From positions 128,001 through 192,000 of the forward strand of contig JBFXKG010000005.1 of the NCBI GenBank assembly GCA_050174015.1: 64,000 bases of DNA. The letters are read 5' to 3'. The DNA is from Candidatus Krumholzibacteriia bacterium (lineage in GTDB: Bacteria; Krumholzibacteriota; Krumholzibacteriia; LZORAL124-64-63). Below the pieces are notes generated by a model, which searched no databases, had not been told where the DNA came from, and worked only from the letters and a program-made list of their open reading frames with translations. The position numbers were made by a program, and so were the translations under genes. Below, one piece after another: positions 9,469 through 19,677 of the stretch. Position 1 is the first letter of the stretch. Each line of letters begins with the position of its first letter.

Positions 9469-10122
9469 ATGGAACAGAAGGCCATCTACGATTTGCTCGC
9501 CGGCAAGCTGGGGGAGGGCGCGGTCGCCTTCCACGAGGACGGGATCGAACCCTGGGCCGAGATCGCCGCGGGTGCGGTCGCCGAGGCCTGCGGGTACCTC
9601 AGGCGCGAGCCCTCCCTGGACTTCGACCAGCTGATGTGCCTGTCGGGGATCGACTGGGACGGGTTCGACGAGTCGGGCAAGGGCAAGTCCGCGGGCATCC
9701 TGGGTTACACCGACGACGGCAGGCCCGAGACCAGCGATCGCAAGGCCGAGGGCGATCTGGGCGTCGCCTACCACCTCTACAGCCACGCCCTGGACCACAA
9801 GTTCACCCTGCGGATCCGCCTGCCCCGGGACCGGGCCGAAGCGCCCACCGTCTCGGGCGTGTGGCCGACGGCGAGCTGGCACGAGCGCGAAGCCTGGGAC
9901 CTGCTCGGCATCCGGTTCACCGGCCATCCGGACCTGCGGCGGATGCTGCTGGACGAGAAGTGGGTGGGCCATCCCCTGCGCAAGGACTACGTGATGCCCG
10001 ATCGCTGGGAGGGCGTGCCCATGGACGGCAGGCCCTATAGCGCGAATCCTTTCCCTGCAACCGAGGAACCACCGGCCGGGGGGCCCAGGCCCGACGGCGA
10101 CACCCCCCCGGCGGAGGCTTGA
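9469..10122 (+). CDS. nuoC: NADH-quinone oxidoreductase subunit C
   Basis: WHEREAWDLLGIRFTGHPDLRR, GHPLRKDY. Confidence 0.93.
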   Translation: MEQKAIYDLLAGKLGEGAVAFHEDGIEPWAEIAAGAVAEACGYLRREPSLDFDQLMCLSGIDWDGFDESGKGKSAGILGYTDDGRPETSDRKAEGDLGVAYHLYSHALDHKFTLRIRLPRDRAEAPTVSGVWPTASWHEREAWDLLGIRFTGHPDLRRMLLDEKWVGHPLRKDYVMPDRWEGVPMDGRPYSANPFPATEEPPAGGPRPDGDTPPAEA

Positions 10123-10123
10123 G

Positions 10124-11299
10124 ATGGCGATGGATACCAAGAAGACCAACGGCTGGGCCGACCAGGACGACGTCCCGGAGATCAAGAGCGAGCTCCTGGA
10201 ACTCAACATGGGACCCCAGCACCCGGCCACCCACGGCGTGCTGCGGCTGCTGCTGAAGACCGACGGCGAGATCGTCTACCAGGTCACCCCCGTGCTGGGC
10301 TACCTGCACCGCTGCGCCGAGAAGATCGCCGAGGGCGTCAACTACAAGCAGTGGGTGGTCTACACCGACCGGTTCGACTACCTGGCGCCCATGTGCTGCA
10401 ACCACGCCTACGTGACGGCGGTGGAGAAGCTGATGCAGCAGGAGGTGCCCGAGCGAGCGGAGCACATCCGCGTCGTGGTGGCCGAGCTGTCCCGCATCGC
10501 CAGCCACCTGATCGCCCTGGCCACCTTCGGCCTGGACATGGGGGCCTGGACCCCGCTGCTGTACTGCTTCCGCGAGCGGGAGGAGATCCTCAACCTGCTC
10601 GAGCGGATCTCCGGCGGGCGCATGCTCTACAACTACATGGTGCCGGGCGGGGTGCGCTACGACGTTCCCGAGGACGGCTGGGTGAAGGACGTCCTGTCCT
10701 TCATCACCATGCTCGAGACCAAGAAGATCAAGGACTACAACCAGCTGCTCACCTACAACAAGATCTTCATCGAGCGGACGGCCGACGTGGGCGTCATCAG
10801 CAAGGAGGACGCCTTCGCCTACGCCTGCACCGGACCGGTGCTGCGGGGATCGGGGGTGAAGTTCGACTGCCGGCGCAACGATCCCTATTCGGCGTATCCC
10901 AAGTTCGACTTCGAGATTCCGGTGGGCCTGGGCGAGATGGGCACGGTCGGGGACTGCTGGGACCGCTACATGGTCCGCGTCCGGGAGATCGAGCAGTCCT
11001 GCCGCATCATCCGGCAGGCCCTGGACACCCTGCCCGAGGGGCCCTACCAGGCCATCGAACTGCACAAGCCCGTCAAGGTGCCCGCGGGGGCGGCCTACAC
11101 CCGCACCGAGAGCGCCAAGGGCGAGATCGGGCACTACATCATCTCCGACGGCGGCCAGACCGCCTTCCGCAACAAGGTCCGTTCACCCTCCTTCTGCAAC
11201 CTGCAGGTCGTCGAGAAGGTCGGAGTCGGCCAGATGGTTTCGGACCTCGTGGCCCTGGTCGGGTCGCTGGACATCGTACTCGGGGAGATTGACCGCTGA
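10124..11299 (+). CDS. nuoD: NADH-quinone oxidoreductase subunit D
   Basis: LNMGPQHPATHGVLR, GYLHR, C-terminal DIVLGEIDR; no NiFe CxxC ligands. Confidence 0.96.
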   Translation: MAMDTKKTNGWADQDDVPEIKSELLELNMGPQHPATHGVLRLLLKTDGEIVYQVTPVLGYLHRCAEKIAEGVNYKQWVVYTDRFDYLAPMCCNHAYVTAVEKLMQQEVPERAEHIRVVVAELSRIASHLIALATFGLDMGAWTPLLYCFREREEILNLLERISGGRMLYNYMVPGGVRYDVPEDGWVKDVLSFITMLETKKIKDYNQLLTYNKIFIERTADVGVISKEDAFAYACTGPVLRGSGVKFDCRRNDPYSAYPKFDFEIPVGLGEMGTVGDCWDRYMVRVREIEQSCRIIRQALDTLPEGPYQAIELHKPVKVPAGAAYTRTESAKGEIGHYIISDGGQTAFRNKVRSPSFCNLQVVEKVGVGQMVSDLVALVGSLDIVLGEIDR

Positions 11300-12354
11300 T
11301 GGAAATTCTCACCGCTTGGCTGCAAGGATTGCCCGGAATGGGCGGAATGTCGGACCAGGGGCTGTACGTCACCGGGGCCGCCCTGATGGCCACCCTAATG
11401 TTCACGGTCATGGCCCTGTGCGCCATCGTCTTCACCTGGATGGAGCGCAAGGTCGCGGGCTTCATCCAGAGCCGCTACGGCCCCATGTACACCGGCCGCT
11501 GGCAGGGCTGGGCCCAGGCCGTCGCCGACATGCTGAAGATCCTGGGCAAGGAGGACATCATCCCCGCCCAGGCGGACAAGGGCCTGTTCGTGTTCGCTCC
11601 GATCCTGGTCCTGCTGGGCTCGCTGCTGGCCTGGGCGGCGATCCCCTGGTCGCCGGGCTTCATCGCGGCCGACCTCGACCTGGGTCTGTTCTACATCTTC
11701 GCCGTCAGCAGCATGGTGGTCATCGGCATCCTCATGGCCGGCTGGGCCTCGAACAACAAGTGGGCCCTCTACGGGGCGGCCCGCGGTGCGGCCCAGATGG
11801 TCAGCTACGAGATCCCGCTGGCCCTGGCGACCATCCCGGTGATCCTGAACGTCGGCTCGCTGAACACCCAGGACATCGTCATCGCCCAGCAGGGCGGGAT
11901 GTTCAACTGGTTCGTGTTCCACGATCCCTTCCTGTTCATCGCCTTCTGGATGTACTTCATCGCCTCGATCGCCGAGACCAACCGCGGCCCCTTCGACATG
12001 CCGGAGACGGAGTCGGAGCTGGTGGCCGGCTACCACACCGAGTACACCGGCATGCGGTTCGCCTTCTTCTTCCTGGCCGAGTACGCCAACCTGTTCCTGG
12101 TGGCGATCATCGCCTCGGTGGTGTTCCTGGGCGGCTGGTGGGCCCCGATTCCGGGCCTGGACTTCGCGCCGGCGCTGACGCTGGTGATCAAGGGCGTGCT
12201 GCTGGTCTTCCTGAACATGTGGGTGCGCTGGACCCTGCCGCGCGTCCGCGTGGACCAGCTGATGCACCTGTGCTGGAAAGTGATGATCCCCGTGACCCTG
12301 CTGTGCATCGTGGGTTCGGGACTGTGGATGATCCTGTCGGGCGAGCTCGGGTAA
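11299..12354 (+). CDS. nuoH: NADH-quinone oxidoreductase subunit H
   Basis: ERKV…Q.R.GP, AETNRGPFDMPE.ESELVAGYHTEY. Confidence 0.96.
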   Translation: MEILTAWLQGLPGMGGMSDQGLYVTGAALMATLMFTVMALCAIVFTWMERKVAGFIQSRYGPMYTGRWQGWAQAVADMLKILGKEDIIPAQADKGLFVFAPILVLLGSLLAWAAIPWSPGFIAADLDLGLFYIFAVSSMVVIGILMAGWASNNKWALYGAARGAAQMVSYEIPLALATIPVILNVGSLNTQDIVIAQQGGMFNWFVFHDPFLFIAFWMYFIASIAETNRGPFDMPETESELVAGYHTEYTGMRFAFFFLAEYANLFLVAIIASVVFLGGWWAPIPGLDFAPALTLVIKGVLLVFLNMWVRWTLPRVRVDQLMHLCWKVMIPVTLLCIVGSGLWMILSGELG

Positions 12355-12425
12355 CGGTAACGAGCGGGCCTGTTGGCCGCGCCGCGGACGCCGGGCGCCT
12401 GCGGCAAACAAGCGGAGAATAGCCG

Positions 12426-12929
12426 ATGGTCCAGTATTTCCAAGACATCTACTCGGCGGTCAGTTCGGCCCTGGTGGGGATGACCATCACCATCAAGCAC
12501 ATCTGGAAGAAGCCGGTGACCCTCCAGTTCCCGGACGAACGCCAGGTGATGCCCCAGCGCTTCCGCGGCTTCGTGCACAACGACACCACCAAGTGCGACG
12601 CCTGCAACATCTGCGCGAAGCTGTGCCCGGTGGACTGCATCTACATCGAGACCGACGGCAAGGGCAAGGACCGGTACATGACCCGGTACGCCATCGACTA
12701 CAACAAGTGCATCTGGTGCTCCCTGTGCACCGAGAACTGCCATACCGGATCGATCACCATGAGCCACGACTACGACCACGCCGTCTACGACCGCCGGTCG
12801 CTGGTCTACGAGTTCATGGATCCCACCGAAGGGAAGGTTCCCTGCCACCGCGCCACGCGGATCGAGCTGGGCTGGTGGGTCGAACCCAAGGAAGACAAGT
12901 CCGACGGGGACAAAGGAGCGGAATCGTGA
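12426..12929 (+). CDS. nuoI: NADH-quinone oxidoreductase subunit I
   Basis: two 4Fe-4S motifs: CDACNICAKLCP and CIWCSLCTENC. Confidence 0.93.
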   Translation: MVQYFQDIYSAVSSALVGMTITIKHIWKKPVTLQFPDERQVMPQRFRGFVHNDTTKCDACNICAKLCPVDCIYIETDGKGKDRYMTRYAIDYNKCIWCSLCTENCHTGSITMSHDYDHAVYDRRSLVYEFMDPTEGKVPCHRATRIELGWWVEPKEDKSDGDKGAES

Positions 12930-13468
12930 CCGGTGACCTGATCTTCATCCTGCTGGCCCTGCTCACCGTGGTGCCCGCAGTCTGGGTGGTCTCCAGCCGG
13001 AACATCGTGCACGCCGGTTTCGGCCTGCTGTTCACGCTGTTCGGGGCCGCGGGCCTGTACGCCTACATGGGCGCGGACTTCATCGCCGTCACCCAGCTGA
13101 TGGTCTACATCGGCGGGGTCCTCGTCCTCGTCCTGTTCACGGTGATGATGACCAGGGTGCCGTCCGGCGGCCGGCGGACCCACGGACTGGACCGCTACGT
13201 CCCGGCCGGGGTGTTCGCCGCGCTGGTGTTCGGCGTCCTCTACAAGACCATCACCTCGGTGGAGTGGGGGGGCTCCGAACAGCCGGCCATGCCCACGATC
13301 GCCGAGATCGGGACCAACTTCATGACCAGCTACATCTTTCCCTTCGAGTACGTCTCGCTGGTGTTGCTGGCCGCGCTGATCGGGGCGGCCATCCTGATCC
13401 GGGAACGCCGGGACGGGCAGCCCACCGACGGTGAGAACGGGACCGCCGAACGGGAGGTGCAGCAGTGA
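12926..13468 (+). CDS. nuoJ: NADH-quinone oxidoreductase subunit J
   Basis: QLMVYIGGVLVLVLF, FE.VSLVLLAALIGA; GTG start overlapping the nuoI stop. Confidence 0.92.
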   Translation: MTGDLIFILLALLTVVPAVWVVSSRNIVHAGFGLLFTLFGAAGLYAYMGADFIAVTQLMVYIGGVLVLVLFTVMMTRVPSGGRRTHGLDRYVPAGVFAALVFGVLYKTITSVEWGGSEQPAMPTIAEIGTNFMTSYIFPFEYVSLVLLAALIGAAILIRERRDGQPTDGENGTAEREVQQ

Positions 13469-13773
13469 ACGTCGGGTTGCCTCATTTCCTGACCGTGGCG
13501 GCCGTCCTGTTCTGCCTGGGCCTCTACGCCGTGATGTCCCGGCGCAACGCCGTCGGGATCCTCATGGGCGTCGAGCTGATGCTCAACGCGGCCAACCTCA
13601 ACTTCGTGGCCTTTTCCCGCTACGTCCAGCACGGCATCGACGGCCAGATCATGGCCGCCTTCGTCATCGTGCTGGCGGCGGCGGAAGCGGCCGTGGCCCT
13701 GGCCATCGTTCTGGCGATGTTCCGCAATTTCGGCACGGTCCACGCGGACACCGTCCAAAGCCTGAAGCGATAA
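13465..13773 (+). CDS. nuoK: NADH-quinone oxidoreductase subunit K
   Basis: RRN…ELMLNAANLN, AAAEAAVALA. Confidence 0.95.
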   Translation: MNVGLPHFLTVAAVLFCLGLYAVMSRRNAVGILMGVELMLNAANLNFVAFSRYVQHGIDGQIMAAFVIVLAAAEAAVALAIVLAMFRNFGTVHADTVQSLKR

Positions 13774-13786
13774 GGGAGTCGAACCG

Positions 13787-15949
13787 GTGATGAGCGACAC
13801 CACGGTCCTGTATTCCGCGCTGGCCATCCTGGGGCTGCCCCTGGCCTCCTACGCGCTCACCTTCTTCTTCGGGAAGAAGCTGCCGCGCCGGGGGGACTTC
13901 ATCGGGGTCGGGTTCATGGGGATCGCCGAGCTCCTGGCGCTGGGGATCTTCATCCACTTCTGGCGGGTGGGGGATCCGACCTACCGCGTCGAGGCGGCCT
14001 TCAACTGGGTGGACCTGGGCGGTTTCCGCATCGATGCGGGCATCCTGGTCGACGGCATGACCTCGGTGATGCTGATGGTGGTCTGCACCATCAGCTTCCT
14101 GGTCCATCTCTACTCGACCGGCTACATGCACGGGGACCGGCGCTACGAGCGGTTCTTCGCCTTCCTGGGTTTCTTCACCTTCTCCATGCTGGGCATCGTG
14201 CTGGCGAACAACCTGTTCTTCCTGTACGTGTTCTGGGAGCTGGTGGGCCTGTCCAGCTACCTGCTGATCGGGTTCTTCTTCCACAAGCACTCGGCCGCGA
14301 ACGCCAACAAGAAGGCGTTCCTGACCAACCGGGTCGGCGACTGGGGCTTCTGGCTGGGCATCCTGGCCTTCTTCACGGCCACCGGCACGCTGAACTACTT
14401 CGAGCTGTTCGCCCACGTCGAGGCCGGGACCATCAAGGGCGCCCTGCTCTCGTGGGCGGGCGTCGGCCTGTTCATGGGCTGCGTCGGCAAGTCGGCCCAG
14501 ATGCCGCTGCACATCTGGCTCCCCGACGCCATGGAGGGCCCGACCCCCGTTTCGGCCCTGATCCACGCCGCCACCATGGTGGCCGCCGGCGTCTACATGG
14601 TCGCCCGGCTGGCGCCCCTGTTCGGGGCGGACGCCATGATGGTGATCCTCTACGTGGGGGCGATCACCGCCTTCATCCCCGCCACCATCGCCCTGGTCAA
14701 GACTGACCTCAAACGGGTGCTGGCCTTCTCGACGCTCAGCCAGCTGGGATACATGGTCATGGCCCTGGGCGCGGGGGACTCCCCCAACGCCATGTTCCAC
14801 CTGACCACCCACGCCATGTTCAAGGCCCTGCTCTTCCTCGGGGCCGGGTCGGTGATCCACGCCGTCCACTCCCAGGAGATCCCGGACATGGGCGGCCTGC
14901 GCAAGAAGATGCCCATCACCTTCGTGACCTTCCTGGTCGGGACGCTGGCGCTGGCCGGCGTGCCCTTCTTCGCGGGCTTCTACTCCAAGGACGGCATCCT
15001 GGGTTCGGCCCTGGCCTTCGGCATGACCAGCGGCCACTACCTGCCCTTCATCCTGGGCATCATGGCGGCGGTTCTGACGCCGTTCTACATGTTCAGGCTG
15101 GTCTTCCTGACCTTCTTCGGCAAGCCACGCGACCAGCACAGGTACGACCACGCCCACGAGTCGGGCCTGACCATGACCATTCCCCTGATGATCCTGGGAG
15201 TCCTGTCGTTCTGCGCTGCCGGCTGGCAGACGGCCGACAAGGGCTGGTTCAGCCGGTTCACGGTGCCCTACGACGTGCCCGCCATCGCCGCGGAGTTCCA
15301 CCTGGCGGCTCCGGACCACGCCGACCCCGCCTTCGACACCCAGGGCGGGCACCCCGTCCAGGCGGAGGCCGACCACGGGGACGCCCACGCGGACGCCGGC
15401 CACGCCGAACCCGCCCCCGGCGGGGACGCCCATGGGGAACAGGCCCACGGGGAAGCCGCTCACGGGGGCGGCCATCACGACGTCGCCCACACGGCCCACC
15501 TGAGGGCGATGGTCATGTCCATCATCATGGTGATCGTCGGCATCGCCGGCGCCTACTGGGTCTACTTCCTGCGCAAGGTCGATACCCCCGCCATCCAGCG
15601 ACGGCTGTCCGGGGCCTACGAGACGCTGCAGGGACAGTATTTCTTCGATGAGCTGTACGCGGCGACCCTCTACCGGTTCACCCTGTGGTGGGCCATGATG
15701 TGCGCCGCCTTCGATCGCATCGTCATCGACGGCATCGTCAACGGCACCGGCTACCTGACCCGCTCGGTGAGCTGGATCTCGGGCCTGGCCGACAAGTACA
15801 TCGTCGACGGCGCGGTGAACGGCATCGCCACCGTCCTGCAGGGCGCCGGCGAAGGCATCCGTCGTCTGCAAACAGGCCGGATCCAGACCTACCTGGCGTA
15901 CACCAGCGCTTCGGTCCTGATCCTGATCCTGGTCTACAAGGTTCTGTAA
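13787..15949 (+). CDS. nuoL: NADH-quinone oxidoreductase subunit L
   Basis: GKSAQMPLHIWLPDAMEGPTPVSALIHAATMV; contains a His-rich insertion. Confidence 0.96.
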   Translation: MMSDTTVLYSALAILGLPLASYALTFFFGKKLPRRGDFIGVGFMGIAELLALGIFIHFWRVGDPTYRVEAAFNWVDLGGFRIDAGILVDGMTSVMLMVVCTISFLVHLYSTGYMHGDRRYERFFAFLGFFTFSMLGIVLANNLFFLYVFWELVGLSSYLLIGFFFHKHSAANANKKAFLTNRVGDWGFWLGILAFFTATGTLNYFELFAHVEAGTIKGALLSWAGVGLFMGCVGKSAQMPLHIWLPDAMEGPTPVSALIHAATMVAAGVYMVARLAPLFGADAMMVILYVGAITAFIPATIALVKTDLKRVLAFSTLSQLGYMVMALGAGDSPNAMFHLTTHAMFKALLFLGAGSVIHAVHSQEIPDMGGLRKKMPITFVTFLVGTLALAGVPFFAGFYSKDGILGSALAFGMTSGHYLPFILGIMAAVLTPFYMFRLVFLTFFGKPRDQHRYDHAHESGLTMTIPLMILGVLSFCAAGWQTADKGWFSRFTVPYDVPAIAAEFHLAAPDHADPAFDTQGGHPVQAEADHGDAHADAGHAEPAPGGDAHGEQAHGEAAHGGGHHDVAHTAHLRAMVMSIIMVIVGIAGAYWVYFLRKVDTPAIQRRLSGAYETLQGQYFFDELYAATLYRFTLWWAMMCAAFDRIVIDGIVNGTGYLTRSVSWISGLADKYIVDGAVNGIATVLQGAGEGIRRLQTGRIQTYLAYTSASVLILILVYKVL

Positions 15950-15991
15950 CGTCCGGGTCGATTCGGAGAACCCCCGAGAGGAGCGCCACGC

Positions 15992-17488
15992 ATGGGTGAG
16001 CACATTCTATCCTGGATGACTTTCTTCCCGGTCATCGGGGCGGCTGTGATCGCTTTCATTCCGTCGGAGCGGAAAGAGATCATCAAGACGGTGGCGGCGG
16101 CCGCGGCGGCCGTGCCCCTGATCCTCGCCGTGCAGCTGTTCATGAACTTCGACCGGGGGACCTCGGCCTTCCAGTTCGTCGAGCACTACACCTGGATCAA
16201 GAGCTTCAACATCGAGTACTTCATGGGGATCGACGGCCTCAGTATCCCGATGGTGTTGCTGACGGCGCTCCTGTCCTTCCTGTGCGTGATCGCGTCCTGG
16301 GGCATCGAGAAGGCCGTCAAGGGCTACTTCTCGCTGTTCCTGGTCCTTGAAGCGGGCATGTTCGGTGTGTTCTGCGCCCTGGACTTCTTCCTGTTCTACG
16401 TGTTCTGGGAAGTGATGCTGCTGCCGATGTACTTCCTGATCGGCATCTGGGGCGGACCGCGCCGCGAGTACGCCGCCATCAAGTTCTTCCTGTACACCCT
16501 GGCCGGTTCGGTGCTGATGCTGCTGGCGATGATCGCCTTCTACCTGAACACGGTGGACCCGGTCACCGGCGGCCACACCTTCAACATGCTGCACATGTTC
16601 GACCAGGCCAACCACAACAGCTGGCTGCAGCTGACCAACGTCCGCCACCTGCTGTGGCTGGGCCTGTTCATCGGCTTCGCCATCAAGGTGCCCATCTTCC
16701 CGTTCCACACCTGGTTGCCCGACGCCCACGTCGAGGCTCCCACCGCCGTGTCCGTCATCCTGGCCGGCGTGCTGCTGAAGATGGGAACCTACGGCATCCT
16801 GCGCATCAGCTATCCCATGCTGCCGGACCAGGCGCTGTGGTTCAGCTATCCGCTGGCGATCCTCGGCGCCATCAACATCCTCTACGGCGCCTACTGCGCC
16901 ATGGCCCAGTCGGACATGAAGAAGCTGGTGGCCTACTCGTCCGTTTCGCACATGGGCTACGTGCTGCTGGGCATGGCCGCCTTCACCGAGGCGGGCATCA
17001 ACGGCGCCGTGCTGCAGATGTTCAACCACGGCACCATCACCGCCATGATGTTCCTCTGCGTGGGCGTGGTCTACGACCGGGCCCACACCCGCGAGATCAA
17101 CGGCTTCGGCGGCCTGATGACCCAGATGCCCGTCTACGGCACCGTGTTCTCCTTCGCCCTCTTCGCCGCCCTGGGCCTGCCCGGGCTGAGCGGCTTCGTG
17201 AGCGAGGCAATGATCTTCATGGGCGCCTTCCCCGTGTACCGGACGGTGGCCATGATCAGCGCCCTGGGCATCATCGTCGGCGCCGCCTACGTGCTCTGGA
17301 TGCTGCAGCGGGTGTTCCTCGGTCCCAAGAACGAGAAGTGGGATTCGCTGCCCGACATCAACACGCGGGAGATGTTCACCCTGGTGCCCATCGGCGTCAT
17401 CGTTCTGCTGCTGGGCGTGTACCCCATGCCGGTGCTGAACCTGATGAAGGTGTCCCTGAACAACCTGATCAAGGTGGTGGCCGGCTGA
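15992..17488 (+). CDS. nuoM: NADH-quinone oxidoreductase subunit M
   Basis: KVPIFPFHTWLPDAHVEAPT, KKLVAYSSVSHMG. Confidence 0.96.
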   Translation: MGEHILSWMTFFPVIGAAVIAFIPSERKEIIKTVAAAAAAVPLILAVQLFMNFDRGTSAFQFVEHYTWIKSFNIEYFMGIDGLSIPMVLLTALLSFLCVIASWGIEKAVKGYFSLFLVLEAGMFGVFCALDFFLFYVFWEVMLLPMYFLIGIWGGPRREYAAIKFFLYTLAGSVLMLLAMIAFYLNTVDPVTGGHTFNMLHMFDQANHNSWLQLTNVRHLLWLGLFIGFAIKVPIFPFHTWLPDAHVEAPTAVSVILAGVLLKMGTYGILRISYPMLPDQALWFSYPLAILGAINILYGAYCAMAQSDMKKLVAYSSVSHMGYVLLGMAAFTEAGINGAVLQMFNHGTITAMMFLCVGVVYDRAHTREINGFGGLMTQMPVYGTVFSFALFAALGLPGLSGFVSEAMIFMGAFPVYRTVAMISALGIIVGAAYVLWMLQRVFLGPKNEKWDSLPDINTREMFTLVPIGVIVLLLGVYPMPVLNLMKVSLNNLIKVVAG

Positions 17489-17516
17489 ACCGGCCCTGCA
17501 TGAGGAGTGCTCCTCG

Positions 17517-19046
17517 ATGGAACTGTTGAACGTGAACATTCCCAGCTGGTCGGATCTGGGCTACTGGATTCCCGAGGCGGTGCTGTGCGGCACGTTCCTG
17601 GTCGCCTTGATCGCCGATCTGATCGTGCGCGGCCGCCGGCCCTGGCTGCCGTTCGCGGTCTCGGTCTTCGGCCTGATCACCGCCGGCAGCTACGCGGTGG
17701 CCGCCCTCCTGCCCGCCGATCCGACGGCGCGCACGATCATGGGCGATCTGGTGGTGGTCGACGGCCTGGCCGGATTCTTCCGTCTGCTGTTCATCTTCGC
17801 CGGCCTGATGACCGTGCTCTTCGCCTGGACCAGCGAGGAGATCATGGGCCGCAAGCGGGAGAACAAGGGCGAATTCTACGCCCTGACCGTCCTGATGACC
17901 GCGGCCATGTGCGTCATGGCCGAGGCCCGGGACCTGCTGATGCTCTACCTGTCCATGGAGGCGGTGGGCCTGATCAGCTACGTCATGGCCGGCTACATGC
18001 GCACCAGCCTGCGCAGCACCGAGGCGTCCCTGAAGTACGTGATCTTCGGTGCGGTGAGCAGCGCCATCATGCTCTACGGCATCTCCCTGCTGTACGGCAT
18101 GACCGGTTCCATGCAGTTCGCCGGGATCCGGGAAGGGCTCATGGACGGCCGGACCAGCGCCTTCGGGCTGCTGGTGGCGACCGTCCTGGTGCTCGTGGGG
18201 ATGAGCTACAAGATCGCCGCGGTGCCCTTCCACTACTGGTGCCCCGACGTCTACGAGGGGTCCCCGACCCCCGTCAGCGCCATCTTCTCCGTCGGGCCCA
18301 AGGCCGCCGGTTTCGCCCTGATGATCCGATTCTTCTACACGACGCTGGCCGACGGCCCCGACGCCGCGGCCGATTCGGGCCTGATCGCCGCCATCAACTG
18401 GCCCCTGCTGGTGGCGGTGATGGCCGCGGTGACCATGACCTACGGGAACCTGGTCGCCCTGCGCCAGGACAACGTCAAGCGCATGCTCGCCTACTCGAGC
18501 ATCGCCCACGTCGGGTACGTCCTGATGGGATTCGTGCTGCTGACGGGCCAGGGCCTGCAGGCCATCCTGTTCTACCTGCTGGTCTACACCCTGATGAACC
18601 TGGGGGCCTTCTTCTTCGTGGTGGCCGTCAACAACCATCTCCGGAGCGAGAACCTGGCGGACTACGTGGGGCTGGGCTTCCGCGCCCCCTGGGCGGGCGT
18701 GATGATGGTCGTCTTCCTCGCCTCCCTGACGGGCGTCCCGCCCTTCGCAGGTTTCGTCGGGAAGCTGTACCTGTTCACCGCGGTCATGGACCGGCAATGG
18801 TTCTGGCTGGTCATCATCGCGGCCCTGAACAGCGTGGTCAGCCTCTACTACTACTTCAAGGTGGTCAAGGTGATGTTCCTGATGCGGCCGGCCGAGGGCG
18901 CGGATACGACCCCGTTGAAGTTCCACTGGCTCCAGTACACGGTGCTGGCCCTGCTGGCAGTCCCGACCCTGGCCCTGGGGCTCTATTTCGGCCAGTTCAA
19001 GGGGTTGGCCGACCAGGCGATCGCCATGATGACCACGGGCTTCTAG
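17517..19046 (+). CDS. nuoN: NADH-quinone oxidoreductase subunit N
   Basis: KIAAVPFHYWCPDVYEGSPTP, KRMLAYSSIAH. Confidence 0.95.
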   Translation: MELLNVNIPSWSDLGYWIPEAVLCGTFLVALIADLIVRGRRPWLPFAVSVFGLITAGSYAVAALLPADPTARTIMGDLVVVDGLAGFFRLLFIFAGLMTVLFAWTSEEIMGRKRENKGEFYALTVLMTAAMCVMAEARDLLMLYLSMEAVGLISYVMAGYMRTSLRSTEASLKYVIFGAVSSAIMLYGISLLYGMTGSMQFAGIREGLMDGRTSAFGLLVATVLVLVGMSYKIAAVPFHYWCPDVYEGSPTPVSAIFSVGPKAAGFALMIRFFYTTLADGPDAAADSGLIAAINWPLLVAVMAAVTMTYGNLVALRQDNVKRMLAYSSIAHVGYVLMGFVLLTGQGLQAILFYLLVYTLMNLGAFFFVVAVNNHLRSENLADYVGLGFRAPWAGVMMVVFLASLTGVPPFAGFVGKLYLFTAVMDRQWFWLVIIAALNSVVSLYYYFKVVKVMFLMRPAEGADTTPLKFHWLQYTVLALLAVPTLALGLYFGQFKGLADQAIAMMTTGF

Positions 19047-19066
19047 CCCGCTCCCCTCTTGCAACG

Positions 19067-19094
19067 AACAGGCCGCCCTCCGGGGCGGCCTGTT
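19067..19094. terminator. terminator after the nuo operon (probably bidirectional)
   Basis: AACAGGCCGCCC-TCCG-GGGCGGCCTGTT. Confidence 0.8.
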
Positions 19095-19113
19095 TCCGTA
19101 GATGGGCGGATGG

Positions 19114-19515
19114 CTACCAGGCCGGCCCTTCCCCGCTGCGGTCGCGGTCCTCGAAGGAGCAGGGCCCCTTCTCGACGTGACCGCGGTAGCATTCCTCGTG
19201 CGCATGGGCGTAGTGCTGTTCGAGGGCGCGGCACAGGGCGGGGCGCTTCAGCCAGCGGCCCCGGTCGTCGACCAGCACCGAATTGTCCAGTTCGGACTTC
19301 TCTCCCCGGTACAGACCGAACAGCCTGACCCGGTCGGGCCCGAACCCTTCCTCGTCGAGGCACTCCACCAGTCCGCAGAGCGTGTCCGAGAAGTAGTGGT
19401 CGTACACCGGTTCGGCGCCCTTGCCTTCGAGGATGTCCACCCGGCCCTCGTAGGTGTAGGGCAGGGTCCGGTCCTTCTTGGACTGCGGTCTGGCAGTCCC
19501 CTTGATCAGCCCCAT
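19114..19515 (-). CDS. hypothetical protein with Cys/His-rich C-terminus
   Basis: GAAGGAGG RBS before MGLIKG; protein-like composition; HYAHAHEECYRGH…C. Confidence 0.65.
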   Translation of the reverse strand: MGLIKGTARPQSKKDRTLPYTYEGRVDILEGKGAEPVYDHYFSDTLCGLVECLDEEGFGPDRVRLFGLYRGEKSELDNSVLVDDRGRWLKRPALCRALEQHYAHAHEECYRGHVEKGPCSFEDRDRSGEGPAW

Positions 19516-19677
19516 CCCATCCTCCTTCGCGTCCCGCACACGTCATTGAACGACCACGTTCATCATAAGCGGTGGGCGGGGGGGCGTCAACGCGGGCGGG
19601 CCGCGCCGGAGGGGTAAAAGGAAGCCGCCCCCACGCGGGGGGCGGCAGGCTCACGAACCCTGGACGGTAGCGGGAAA

